Positions 27,572 to 37,216 are shown, numbered from the stretch's first letter. The stretch is DNA of 41,551 nucleotides from Patescibacteria group bacterium (GCA_040389365.1 JAZKAB010000001.1:1-41551), one strand, 5' to 3'. Translations and numbers: made by a program. Notes: generated by a model not told the origin, from the sequence alone.

Positions 27572-28111
27572 ATGGAAAACAATAAAATCAAACCAATCCC
27601 CGTTATTATTACTATTGTTGCGCTCGTAGCATTCGCTGCAGTGCTTATTGCTGCCAAGAAGCAGCAGGCAACAGAGGTTGCGCAGGTTCCTGAGGCTCAG
27701 GAAAGCTCGCTCTGCTACGTACTGAACAAGAAGACTGCTTCAAGCTCCAACGACGTTGCATACTTGAAGCTGACCTCAGCTGATGGCGGCAAGACCGTAA
27801 CCGGCGAGCTTGCTACATATCTTGCAGAAAAGGATGGCATGTCAGGAACACTGAACGGAACGGTTCGAAGCGATAACGGCATTGCCGTGTTTGACGGAAC
27901 ATACGCTAATGCAGCTGAAGGCATGAATAACGTTGATCAGCGCATCATTCGCCTTGACGATACCCAGGCTCAGGTTGGGTATGGAGAAACAATAAAGAAC
28001 GCTGACGGCACATACAGCTACAAGGATGCATCTGCATTGAACTATTCATTGAGCATTCCTGCTGTTGACTGTGCTGAATACAGCTCGCTGAAGACTGCTG
28101 CGGGACACTAA
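27572..28111 (+). CDS. Hypothetical membrane-anchored exported protein
   Basis: N-terminal TM helix, beta-rich domain with two Cys; start ATG 27572. Confidence 0.7.
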   Translation: MENNKIKPIPVIITIVALVAFAAVLIAAKKQQATEVAQVPEAQESSLCYVLNKKTASSSNDVAYLKLTSADGGKTVTGELATYLAEKDGMSGTLNGTVRSDNGIAVFDGTYANAAEGMNNVDQRIIRLDDTQAQVGYGETIKNADGTYSYKDASALNYSLSIPAVDCAEYSSLKTAAGH

Positions 28112-28121
28112 TTGCACACAT

Positions 28122-28151
28122 AAAAAGCGCCGCGAGATCGCGGCGCTTTTT
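28122..28151. terminator. Bidirectional intrinsic terminator
   Basis: AAAAAGCGCCGCGA-GA-TCGCGGCGCTTTTT between convergent genes. Confidence 0.85.
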
Positions 28152-28152
28152 A

Positions 28153-29616
28153 TTATTTTGCTACAGCGCTGATGCGCCATGCCTGATCGGCGTTGATGAG
28201 GGTGAGCGCTATCGGCGTTCGGGCAACAACGCTCTTCCTGCCTGATTCAGCATATGCCATTTCTTTTATTTCCCCAGTGACGGTATAGCTGCCGTCGGAA
28301 TTATGCGTAGTCGAATCAATGGAGATATGATCAGGATACGGGCTTGATGTTTGGCGTCCCAGCGCTATATCGGGATGTGCTTGCCATTCCTTAAGCAGTG
28401 CGGCCGTCAGGTATGGGCCGTATGCTGCTGCCATTTGCGTCTTTAGGATTTCAGCCGTTCCAAGCAATGACACCTGCTGCAGCGTCTTTCCAAAGTCATA
28501 GACGGCTTGCTGCACAGCCTTGCTGTCTCGCTCTTCAATGCCTTGGGCTGAATTGCAGAAATAGTTGCCGCCAATGCAGAATTCTCGATGCGATACCCAG
28601 AAGGTTGTGCCGTACGGCGCATAGTCCTTGTTCTGCTCGGGGATAGAGAGGGTGCCAACCGTTACCGCAAAGCCGATGGCTATAATCCAGAGTATCAGGC
28701 CAAAAACGCCTCGCGCATGATGCTTCCTTTTCGGAATGTTCCAGGCATGGATGCGCGCCTCGCGCGCCATTTTCTTTAGCGGCCATATGGCAATATATGC
28801 GATCGCGCTTACAAAGAGCGCCAAGAGGAGCGGGGAAGCGCCAAACAGCAGCTTGTTATCAAGCATGCTGCCATGAAAGACGATAGTCCACATGACTATG
28901 CTATATACGATCGCAATGCTTATAAGAACGATAGCGACAATAGCCGCAAAGATGCCGGTGCCGATTCGCGTTGCCTTCCACCAGGCGGAGGTAAACAATG
29001 AGGCGTAGTTCTTCTTGGTCAAAGGATGCTCTTTCCAGTATGATTCCTCGGCATACTTGCCTGCATACTTACCGTACTTTTCTTTCATCTCTGCCATGAA
29101 TTCCTGCGCATTGAACTGCTTGCCGCGCGCGAATGCGCGCTCTTCGTTAGTTACGGCTGCCGGAATAAAGAATGCCATAAGGATATACAGCGCAATGGCG
29201 CCGCCCCTGGTTATTATTGCAAGCGCGAAGAAGATAGCTCGTACGATCTTCACGTCGATATTGAAATACGCTGCAATGCCGTTGCAGACTCCCGCAATCC
29301 ACGCGCCTTCGCGAATGCGGTACAGGCGCTTTATTGCCGGCTCTGAAGACTCGGGGGCTGTATCGGTTGCCACAGGCCCCATTTCAGCAATGATTGTTTC
29401 TATTTCCTTCTGGCTTACGACGTTCTTATGCGCAGAAAGGTACTTGTCGCATTTTTCAGCAACAGCCTGCTCGAAATCTTTCATGATTTCATCCTGGTCT
29501 GGATTGCCCGCAAGCTTTGCCTTGGCCTTTTCAAGATATGACCGCAATGCTTCAGCGCCCGGCTCTTCGAGCTGGTATGCCTTGCCATTGAGGTTGATTG
29601 TTATGACGTTGTTCAT
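28153..29616 (-). CDS. PspC domain-containing membrane protein with extracellular C-terminal domain
   Basis: N-terminal EIMKDFEQAVAE…IIAEMGP helical domain, PspC motif KRLYR…IAGVCNGIAAYF…LYILMAFFIP, several TM helices. Confidence 0.85.
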   Translation of the reverse strand: MNNVITINLNGKAYQLEEPGAEALRSYLEKAKAKLAGNPDQDEIMKDFEQAVAEKCDKYLSAHKNVVSQKEIETIIAEMGPVATDTAPESSEPAIKRLYRIREGAWIAGVCNGIAAYFNIDVKIVRAIFFALAIITRGGAIALYILMAFFIPAAVTNEERAFARGKQFNAQEFMAEMKEKYGKYAGKYAEESYWKEHPLTKKNYASLFTSAWWKATRIGTGIFAAIVAIVLISIAIVYSIVMWTIVFHGSMLDNKLLFGASPLLLALFVSAIAYIAIWPLKKMAREARIHAWNIPKRKHHARGVFGLILWIIAIGFAVTVGTLSIPEQNKDYAPYGTTFWVSHREFCIGGNYFCNSAQGIEERDSKAVQQAVYDFGKTLQQVSLLGTAEILKTQMAAAYGPYLTAALLKEWQAHPDIALGRQTSSPYPDHISIDSTTHNSDGSYTVTGEIKEMAYAESGRKSVVARTPIALTLINADQAWRISAVAK

Positions 29617-29619
29617 ATG

Positions 29620-29937
29620 TTAGAGAGAATTAATACTGGTGATAATGTGCTTAAGATAGTGCTCAAGTCGCTGCATTTCCTTTCGGCCCTTATCGGTAAG
29701 GGAGTAGTACTTCCGGGGAGGTCCTGATTCCGATTCGATCCATTCGTAATCAAGCAGCGATTCGCGGCGCAGTCGGGAGAGGAGAGGGTAGAGCGTGCCT
29801 TCCTGAGTTTGAAATTCAGTCTCGGCAAGCTTTGCCAGCATGTCGGCTACATATACTTTCTCCTTGTTTATTATCTTGAGCAAGACTACTTCGAGCAGCC
29901 CCTTGCGCAATTGTTGCAATTTGTCTGTTTGTTCCAT
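29620..29937 (-). CDS. PadR family transcriptional regulator
   Basis: QLRKGLLE, EGTLYPLLSRL, SGPPRKYYSLT. Confidence 0.92.
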   Translation of the reverse strand: MEQTDKLQQLRKGLLEVVLLKIINKEKVYVADMLAKLAETEFQTQEGTLYPLLSRLRRESLLDYEWIESESGPPRKYYSLTDKGRKEMQRLEHYLKHIITSINSL

Positions 29938-29946
29938 AATTTTTTA

Positions 29947-29993
29947 TTGGTACCTTGTAATAACAAGGTACCAAATCATAAAAAGTATGTCAA
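29947..29993 (-). promoter_or_regulatory. padR promoter with overlapping palindromic operator
   Basis: TTGACA-17 bp-TACCTT on the minus strand; palindrome TTGGTACCTTGT-AATA-ACAAGGTACCAA (29947-29974) covers the -10 box. Confidence 0.75.
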
Positions 29994-30047
29994 GGGAATA
30001 TGGGATAGTGCTATACTAAAGGCATTATTACGTAGCATTTATATTTT

Positions 30048-30422
30048 ATGGAACTTCTATTTATCGTTGGACATCTTGGACTGGGAATCTATTTCCTGTA
30101 TAGCGGCCTTAATCACCTCTTCAAGGTTGGGTACTTGTCAGGCTATGCAGCATCAAAAGGCGTACCGTTTCCAAAGCTCTCAATCATTGCTTCAGGGGTA
30201 TTGTTTACGCTTGGAGGCCTTGCAATTACCAGCTGGATCACTCCTGATGTCGGCATTGGCCTGATCGTATTGGCATTGCTGCCGATCACGACTATGGTGC
30301 ACAACTTCTGGTCTATCAATGACCCAATGCAGCGTGCAGGAGAAGAGATTTCTTTTGCAAAGAATATTGCGCTGATCAGCGCATTGCTAGTTATCCTGGC
30401 TTACATTCTCGCAATCGGATAG
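30048..30422 (+). CDS. DoxX family membrane protein
   Basis: SGLNH…YAASKGVP, HNFW, FAKNIAL. Confidence 0.85.
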   Translation: MELLFIVGHLGLGIYFLYSGLNHLFKVGYLSGYAASKGVPFPKLSIIASGVLFTLGGLAITSWITPDVGIGLIVLALLPITTMVHNFWSINDPMQRAGEEISFAKNIALISALLVILAYILAIG

Positions 30423-30423
30423 C

Positions 30424-30882
30424 ATGAGGTATTGGCTGCTTAAAAGCGAAGGCGACTGCTATTCGATCGACGATCTGAAGCGCGATAAGCTGACAGTCTG
30501 GACGGGCATTCGAAACTACCAAGCGCGCAACTTTATGCGCGATGATATGAAAAAGGGCGACCTCGCCCTTTTTTATCATTCCAGCAGCAAGCCAAGCGGC
30601 GTGTACGGCATCGCTAAGGTTGTTGCAGAGGCGCATGCTGACAATACCCAGTTTGATCGGAAAGACGGTCATTATGATCCTGCGAGCAAAAAGGAAGATC
30701 CTCGATGGGTCTGCGTTGACATAGGGTTTGTAAAGAAATTCAAGGAACCGGTGTCGCTCGAAGAGATAAAGCATGACCCGAATCTTGAAGGCATGATGGT
30801 GCGCCTGCAAGGCAGCAGATTGTCAGTGCAGCCAGTGTCAGAGAAGCACTTTGAGTATATTGCAGAAGAATTGAGCAAATAA
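30424..30882 (+). CDS. EVE domain protein
   Basis: YWLLKSE, WTGIRNYQARNFMR, FYHS, SRLSVQPV. Confidence 0.92.
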   Translation: MRYWLLKSEGDCYSIDDLKRDKLTVWTGIRNYQARNFMRDDMKKGDLALFYHSSSKPSGVYGIAKVVAEAHADNTQFDRKDGHYDPASKKEDPRWVCVDIGFVKKFKEPVSLEEIKHDPNLEGMMVRLQGSRLSVQPVSEKHFEYIAEELSK

Positions 30883-31031
30883 AAAAGCACTCCTTACGGG
30901 TGCTTTGTATTATACGGTAATTATTTTACCTTGCCTGTCCCGAGAAACAGTACTTGTGATTTTTTTCTTCACTCTACAGTCTATATTGATTTTGTCAATA
31001 AACCTGATATAGTGAAGAAAAAGGAGAAAAG

Positions 31032-31826
31032 ATGGATGTGAATGAAAGATTCAAAGGCATTGATGTCGGAGCCGAATGGTTTCGACTGCTTACGGAAATT
31101 GGCTTTCGGCGAATGACCAGAAAGGAAATACTTGCGCATATCAAGCGCTCAAGCAAGAAGTATCCCGCAAAGTACCTTGAGAGCGTTCGGAAGATGAGCG
31201 AAGGAGCAGAGGAAGGGTATGCGTGCGAAGTGAATAACTTCACCATCATAGTCTGGACAAGCTGGATGCCTTCCAAGCAGCGATTCAAGATCAGAGACAA
31301 GATCTGGCCGGCAGTGCTGCTTGATCCGCGCAATCCTGATCCGTTCTTTGCTATACCATTGCATCGCGTCAAAGGATGCATTGAGCGTACTGTTAGGACT
31401 GCTCGGGTGTATAAGGAAAAGGTGCAGAAGTGGCAGGAGGTATATACTTATCCTGATTCTGAAATGGAAATTGCCAATGAGCAGTTTCCGCTGCGGTATC
31501 TGCTGTGCAAAAATCCTCAATGCAGTATGAATGGCCAAAAGCCCACCATGCTCATAACTGATATCGCGCTTGATGACGAAGAAGACAATCAGTTTTTTGC
31601 AGCGCCGTTCAAGCGGTATGCCAAGATGCGCACGCGCAATATTGCAAAAAATATTTTTGTTTTGCCGCGCAGGTTGTGGAGCTGGATGCATAAGCATGGC
31701 GTAGTTGTGCACAGGAGAAGGCCGTATGACGATCTGGAGCCTGAAGAAATTGCCGCAGCAAAAGGATTCCCTGATTACAATGACCTTGCTCACGAAAACG
31801 ACCCCGGCATGTACCTGGATGCGTAA
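31032..31826 (+). CDS. Hypothetical protein
   Basis: 264-aa ORF with AAGGAG Shine-Dalgarno, flanked by terminator-like hairpins; no family recognised. Confidence 0.65.
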   Translation: MDVNERFKGIDVGAEWFRLLTEIGFRRMTRKEILAHIKRSSKKYPAKYLESVRKMSEGAEEGYACEVNNFTIIVWTSWMPSKQRFKIRDKIWPAVLLDPRNPDPFFAIPLHRVKGCIERTVRTARVYKEKVQKWQEVYTYPDSEMEIANEQFPLRYLLCKNPQCSMNGQKPTMLITDIALDDEEDNQFFAAPFKRYAKMRTRNIAKNIFVLPRRLWSWMHKHGVVVHRRRPYDDLEPEEIAAAKGFPDYNDLAHENDPGMYLDA

Positions 31827-31828
31827 GC

Positions 31829-31852
31829 AAAGCCCTCTCTGAGGGCTTTTTT
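31829..31852 (+). terminator. Intrinsic terminator
   Basis: AAAGCCCTC-TCT-GAGGGCTTTTTT. Confidence 0.75.
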
Positions 31853-31883
31853 AATTTGCATCAAGTACGGTACAATCCATCAT

Positions 31884-32441
31884 ATGAACACTATATATTT
31901 AGGAGCAGGCGGCTTCTGGACTACCGAAGCAATATATAGAAAGGTGAAGGGGGTAGAAGAAGTCTTGCCGGGCTATATGGGTGGCACTATTCCATATCCA
32001 ACGCATGAGGCTGTTGCTACCGGCACAACCGGCCATGCTGAAGTCGTGCGCATCGTCTATGACCCTACGGTCATACCTACCGAAGATATCCTGAGAATTT
32101 TCTTTGCAATGCATGATGCGTCTGCGCCAAACCATGCGATTAACGGGGTCGGCTCTCAATATCGCTCTGTTATTTTCTATACTGACAGCGATCAGGGCGA
32201 AGCAGTTGATCCGCAAAATGGCGCCGGTGTCGGCTTGATTGAAAAGCTGATTGCAGAAATTCAACAATCGTTGCCCGAAGGCGTTGTCGTTGCCACGCAG
32301 GCAGTGTCGGCAACGGAATTCTATCCCGCTGATGAAATGCACTATAATTATTATGAGCTGAACAAAGACAGCAGTTACGTGCAGGAGGCTATAGAGCCAA
32401 AGATCCAATTAATAGCGCAGCTGTTTCCTGACAAGCTTTAG
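31884..32441 (+). CDS. msrA: Peptide methionine sulfoxide reductase A homolog lacking all cysteines
   Basis: GAGGFW (canonical GCFW), GYMGG, TGHAEVV, GSQYRSVIF, FYPADEMHYNYY. Confidence 0.8.
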   Translation: MNTIYLGAGGFWTTEAIYRKVKGVEEVLPGYMGGTIPYPTHEAVATGTTGHAEVVRIVYDPTVIPTEDILRIFFAMHDASAPNHAINGVGSQYRSVIFYTDSDQGEAVDPQNGAGVGLIEKLIAEIQQSLPEGVVVATQAVSATEFYPADEMHYNYYELNKDSSYVQEAIEPKIQLIAQLFPDKL

Positions 32442-32601
32442 GAGAGCTACGGTGCAGAAAAAGCATTAGAGGCAGCAAAAAAGCTTGTCTCGAGAAATAC
32501 TTTACTGTTTCTTCGAACTGGCTTGATGTTGGAGATAGTATGATTGCTCTCTGGATAGTATATCCAGAGAAAAAATACGAGCGATCTGTTATACTAGTTG
32601 C

Positions 32602-34599
32602 ATGAGCGTACCCTATGATCCTGAACACATTACGTACTTTGCAGAGACCGACTATCGCAACCAGCGGACGCGTTTTGGCATAAAGAGCCGTGACCGCACC
32701 CGTCACATGTATGTGATCGGAAAGTCAGGTGTGGGTAAGTCTACGCTATTGGAAAACATGGCAATTCAGGATATTGCCCGAGGCGAAGGCTTGGCAGTGC
32801 TTGATCCGCACGGCAGCTTTGCCGAAAAGATGCTCGACTATATTCCTGAGCACCGCATTAAGGATGTGATCTACTTCGCGCCGTTCGATACTGAGAATCC
32901 AATATCGTTCAACGTGCTTGAAGACGTAGGCGCAGACAAGCGACACTTCGTGGCTTCAGGACTCATGAGCACATTCAAGAAGATTTGGGTTGATGCCTGG
33001 AGCGCCCGCATGGAATATATCCTGAATAACATCCTATTGGCTCTATTGGAATCTCCAGACGCGACGCTTTTGGGCGTTAACCGCATGCTGTCTGACAAGG
33101 CATTCCGCGACAAAACTGTTGCAGGAGTGACTGACCCTGGCGTGAAGGCATTCTGGATTGAAGAGTTTGCAAAGTATGGCGACCGCTACATGCAGGAAGC
33201 AGGCGCAGCTATTCAGAACAAGATCGGTCAGTTTACCGCCAGTCCCTTGATTCGAAATCTTATCGGCCAGCCAAAGTCGAGCTTTGACATTCGCGAAGCG
33301 ATGGACAATCAGAAGATTCTGATTGTTAACCTCTCGAAGGGTCGCATTGGCGAGCAGAATACTAGCTTGCTCGGCAGCATGATCATCACCAAGATTTACC
33401 TTGCGGCTATGAGTCGTGCAGACGCGAGTCCGGCACGCTTGGCTGAACTGCCAAACTTTTATTTCTATGTCGACGAATTCCAGTCATTTGCAAACGAGTC
33501 ATTCGCAAACATTCTGTCTGAAGCCCGCAAGTACAAGCTTGCGCTTGTCATTGCGCACCAGTACGTGGCGCAAATGGAAGAATCAGTGCGCGACGCAGTG
33601 TTTGGAAACGTCGGTACCAGCATCAGCTTCCGCGTCGGCCCGCTCGATGGAGAGCTGCTTGAAAAAGTCTTCTCGCCGCAGTTTACTGCCAATGACCTTG
33701 TAAACCTCGGCATGGCGCAGATTTATCTCTCGCTCCTTATTAACGACATGGGATCATCGCCCTTTTCAGCTCGAACGCTTCCGCCGGTACAGAAGCCGAC
33801 CATTACGTATCGAAACGATGTCATAGAATCTTCCCGTGCAATTTATGCGCAGCCCCGCGATGTTGTTGAGAAAAATATCAATGACTGGTTTGGCAAGGAC
33901 GCAGTGCCTGCGCAGGGCGACAAGCCTGATCGTTCAGACCAGCCGCAGCGGCGCTATGACAATCCGCAGGGGGAGCAGCGCAGCGAAAAGCCATGGAATA
34001 ACAGTAGTCAAAAGCCGCAGCTCGAAAAGCCTGTTGCAAGCCATACACCATTCAAGAAAGCCTTTACCGCTACGCCTCCTGCATTGCCGCTTCAAGAAGC
34101 GCCCCCTGCGCCTGCTCGCGTCTTCCGACCTATTACGAAAGGCCCTTTGCCTATAAAGAAGCCATTGACTTCTGTTGCAGCGCCTGCGCCAATCCAGCAA
34201 GAAGTTTCTCTTAGCCCGGCATTGTCAGGCTTGCTGTCATCGCTTGATGGCTCAGCGCCCGCTCCTGCTGTATCCCAGCAGCCAGCGCACACTCCCTTTG
34301 CCGGAGAGAAGCCGCTGCGAGAAAGCGTTCCGCCTGTGAAGCTTACTGAGCGAGGCCCGACAGAAAAAAATCGAGATCTGCTCAAGGCAGCGCTGCAGAA
34401 CATCGCCGCGACGCCAAAGCCTGCACCTGCTGCATCACCTGAAGCTGTCGCTACTCAGCCGCAAGAGCTTCCTGCTCCAGCACCTGTACCTCCGACACCG
34501 CAGCGACCGTTCATTCCGCATGACATTACACCGCCGCAGGTTATGGCAACCCAGCCACAAGAAATTCCTTATCAGACGTTACGCAAAGTCTTAGAATAA
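32602..34599 (+). CDS. VirD4/TraD/TrwB-like P-loop ATPase with Pro-rich C-terminal tail
   Basis: HMYVIGKSGVGKS, DPHG, SFNVL, YVDEFQSF, LSEARKY, AHQY, FGNVGT. Confidence 0.85.
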   Translation: MSVPYDPEHITYFAETDYRNQRTRFGIKSRDRTRHMYVIGKSGVGKSTLLENMAIQDIARGEGLAVLDPHGSFAEKMLDYIPEHRIKDVIYFAPFDTENPISFNVLEDVGADKRHFVASGLMSTFKKIWVDAWSARMEYILNNILLALLESPDATLLGVNRMLSDKAFRDKTVAGVTDPGVKAFWIEEFAKYGDRYMQEAGAAIQNKIGQFTASPLIRNLIGQPKSSFDIREAMDNQKILIVNLSKGRIGEQNTSLLGSMIITKIYLAAMSRADASPARLAELPNFYFYVDEFQSFANESFANILSEARKYKLALVIAHQYVAQMEESVRDAVFGNVGTSISFRVGPLDGELLEKVFSPQFTANDLVNLGMAQIYLSLLINDMGSSPFSARTLPPVQKPTITYRNDVIESSRAIYAQPRDVVEKNINDWFGKDAVPAQGDKPDRSDQPQRRYDNPQGEQRSEKPWNNSSQKPQLEKPVASHTPFKKAFTATPPALPLQEAPPAPARVFRPITKGPLPIKKPLTSVAAPAPIQQEVSLSPALSGLLSSLDGSAPAPAVSQQPAHTPFAGEKPLRESVPPVKLTERGPTEKNRDLLKAALQNIAATPKPAPAASPEAVATQPQELPAPAPVPPTPQRPFIPHDITPPQVMATQPQEIPYQTLRKVLE

Positions 34600-34611
34600 A
34601 AATATACCATT

Positions 34612-35748
34612 ATGAATAAATTTATATTGGCGCTTTTTATATGCGCCCTGTTTTCGCCGTTCGCAGCACACGCTGAAGTTAAGATAAACGAAGTTGCCTG
34701 GATGGGAACGTCTGGCAGCCAGTATAGCGAGTGGATTGAACTGTATAACTCCGGAGAAGAAGCCGTGCCGTTAGCCGGCTGGAAGCTTGTCGTCAATGGC
34801 GAGGAAACCCTGTACTCCTTAACAAAAAGTATTCCGGCAAAAAGCTTTCTTCTGGTCGAGCGCACAACAGCAAGCGCGCCCGATGCAGTGCCAGGAGTTG
34901 ATGATGAAGCCGGAACCTTTGGTTCTGGCGGATTGAGCAATGTCGGAGAAGACTTGTCATTGAAAGACGACAAGGGAATTGCTGTCGACACGTTGTCGTA
35001 TGCCAGCGCCTGGCCTGCAGGAGATGCCGTAACCAAAGACACCATGCAACGGAACGGCGAGCAATGGATAACCGCTCCAGGCACGCCGCGTGCAGAAAAC
35101 GCAACGCAGGGAACTGCGCCTGCCTCAGAAACAGCTGAAGAAAAAGAAGAGGCGACATCGACAGCGAAGTCATCACCAGCATCGGGAACAGCTTCTGCTG
35201 CGAAGAAAGCAGCTGTTGCTACGCCGCCTGCTCCCAAGAAGCCGCAGATGACAATCGTTGCCTCAAAGAATATTTTGCAGGGAGTGCCAGATGAGTATGC
35301 AGCAACGATTGAGATTCCTGATGCAATGAAAGGTCCCCAGGCATACTATTATTGGAACATGGGCGACGGCACGCGGTACGTGCAGCCAAGCTTTATGCCC
35401 GTATCGCACTTGTATCGCTACCCGGGAACATATACGGTAACGCTTGCATTCTATGCATCGCCCAGCGCATCGAGGCCAGTACTTCAGGCAACTGCTGCAG
35501 CTGTCGTGTCAGTGCCTGATATAAAGGTGACTGTGCTGAACAATGGTGCAGCAATTGAGATTGAAAATGCCTCGAGCAAGGCCGTTGATGCAGGGTCGTG
35601 GTCGCTTGGCACAGAGGAAGGAACAAGGATACTGCCTCCGCTTACCGTGTTTGCTCCTCATGCCCATATCGTTATGGCGGCGCAAACGCTAGGTCTGACG
35701 ACTATACAGCATCCTGTGCTGTATACGCCAGACGGAAATAAGATATAG
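34612..35748 (+). CDS. Secreted lamin-tail-domain plus PKD-domain protein
   Basis: Signal peptide, VKINEVAW…EWIELYN, GTP; WNMGDG…HLYRYPGTYTVTL. Confidence 0.8.
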   Translation: MNKFILALFICALFSPFAAHAEVKINEVAWMGTSGSQYSEWIELYNSGEEAVPLAGWKLVVNGEETLYSLTKSIPAKSFLLVERTTASAPDAVPGVDDEAGTFGSGGLSNVGEDLSLKDDKGIAVDTLSYASAWPAGDAVTKDTMQRNGEQWITAPGTPRAENATQGTAPASETAEEKEEATSTAKSSPASGTASAAKKAAVATPPAPKKPQMTIVASKNILQGVPDEYAATIEIPDAMKGPQAYYYWNMGDGTRYVQPSFMPVSHLYRYPGTYTVTLAFYASPSASRPVLQATAAAVVSVPDIKVTVLNNGAAIEIENASSKAVDAGSWSLGTEEGTRILPPLTVFAPHAHIVMAAQTLGLTTIQHPVLYTPDGNKI

Positions 35749-35755
35749 CCTATAA

Positions 35756-35785
35756 CAAAACACACCGCTTGCGCGGTGTGTTTTG
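35756..35785. terminator. Bidirectional intrinsic terminator
   Basis: CAAAACACACCGC-TTGC-GCGGTGTGTTTTG. Confidence 0.8.
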
Positions 35786-35815
35786 CGTAATATTGGCCTT
35801 GCTACTCCTTGCCTT

Positions 35816-36625
35816 CTAAGGGGCAATAGGAGTAACTTTTGCTTTTGCAGTTGCGGGAGATTGCGTTGTTGCAGCTGTGCTTGCGGTTGCCGATGTTTCA
35901 GGGTCGGTAGCCAATGCAGCGCTTGCGGTGTCAGGCACGTTGTCGACAGCGGTGTTGATGTTATCAATTTCCTTGGCAATGATTTGCACTTCCTGGTTAG
36001 ATACCTTCAGAAGGGTGGCATCAACTGTCTTAAGGGCGTCAGCCTTTCCTGTGTCGGCAGCAATAGTGCTTTCAGGGCTATTTTGAATCGCCGTCTTGTT
36101 GGCCTGCAATGACTGCTCAAGAGATGCTGTTACGGTCAATGCAGTATTGGGCGCCTGAACGCTCAGCGTTGTCAGGTCGGCTGAAAGGGCTGCAACATGG
36201 TCGTTGATAGCCTTTTCGGCAGTCTGCTGCTTGGCTTGTGTTAGGGAATGAGATTCAGCAAGCGTCTGGATTTCGTTTACGCGATTCTCAATGCGGTTCT
36301 TCTGCCACAATACCTTTTCTTCAGGGGACTTCAGGAAAAGACCTTTTACCTCCTCGTTCACATTGATCTTGAATGAGTACAAGGGATCGCCGGGCAATGC
36401 GTTGTTGGCAACTGCAGACACGCTGCCGCCGATAAAGACAACAAAGAGCATGCTCGAAAGAGCAATGCGCAAGCCGTGCTGTACGCCTCTCTGGAAGAAT
36501 GACTCGGTGACAAGTACCGGAGTTGAAATCACGATGCGTGCCGCATGCGCGCGCATCAAGTTTCGCTCCTCATCGTCAAGATGAATCTCCTTGAGTGTCT
36601 TTAGTTTTGATAATAGGTTTTCCAT
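35816..36625 (-). CDS. DUF5667-like membrane protein, putative anti-sigma factor
   Basis: TM helix followed by ALPGDPLYSFK…NEEV; directly downstream of the ECF sigma gene. Confidence 0.75.
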   Translation of the reverse strand: MENLLSKLKTLKEIHLDDEERNLMRAHAARIVISTPVLVTESFFQRGVQHGLRIALSSMLFVVFIGGSVSAVANNALPGDPLYSFKINVNEEVKGLFLKSPEEKVLWQKNRIENRVNEIQTLAESHSLTQAKQQTAEKAINDHVAALSADLTTLSVQAPNTALTVTASLEQSLQANKTAIQNSPESTIAADTGKADALKTVDATLLKVSNQEVQIIAKEIDNINTAVDNVPDTASAALATDPETSATASTAATTQSPATAKAKVTPIAP

Positions 36626-36633
36626 AAGGGTAT

Positions 36634-37161
36634 TTATTGTTGCTCTTTTTCGTCAAAGCGAGTACGCAGCTTTTTGACAATGCGGTGAATGCGGACAGTC
36701 ATTGCATTGACGCTCTTCCCGAACAGGTTGGCGATTTCTTCAATCGGCTTTTCTTCGGTATAGCGCATGTAGATAATCTGCTGGCTTTCTTCATCGAGCG
36801 TTTCGAGAAGGGAACGGACAGTCTGAATGTCGTCCCCTCTGAATACCTCGTCTACTGCCTTGTCTGATCCAGGGTCAAATCCGGCTTCCATGAGGCTATC
36901 AAGGGAAGCAGACTTTGACTTCTTGAAGTAGTCAATAACGGCATTGCGGGCGGTTCGGTAGAGGAACGCTTCGTCGTGTTCGATTGTTTTGCCAGAGGCT
37001 AGGTACAGCCATACCTTCGTAAAGGTGTCCTGAGTGATATCAAGCGCCACCGCTCGGCTTGTTACCCGAAAGTATATAAACCTGAAGATGGCATCCTGAT
37101 GCTTCTCAACCATGTCAAAAAAGTGCTGTTCCTTGTCTTTAGACGAGTCATCCGGGTTCAT
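36634..37161 (-). CDS. ECF-type RNA polymerase sigma factor
   Basis: ALDITQDTFTKVW, FLYRTARNAVIDY, EEIANLFGKS…VRIHR; start ATG 37161. Confidence 0.9.
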   Translation of the reverse strand: MNPDDSSKDKEQHFFDMVEKHQDAIFRFIYFRVTSRAVALDITQDTFTKVWLYLASGKTIEHDEAFLYRTARNAVIDYFKKSKSASLDSLMEAGFDPGSDKAVDEVFRGDDIQTVRSLLETLDEESQQIIYMRYTEEKPIEEIANLFGKSVNAMTVRIHRIVKKLRTRFDEKEQQ

Positions 37162-37216
37162 ATTACAAGTATACACAAGAATAGGGGTTTATGGCACTTT
37201 TTGATATACTTTCGCC

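Noticed and set aside
32602-34599. Conjugative element or prophage around the VirD4-like gene and PIF1 helicase
   Set aside because: No relaxase, integrase, T4SS or phage structural genes; the flanks are housekeeping genes with backbone-like composition.
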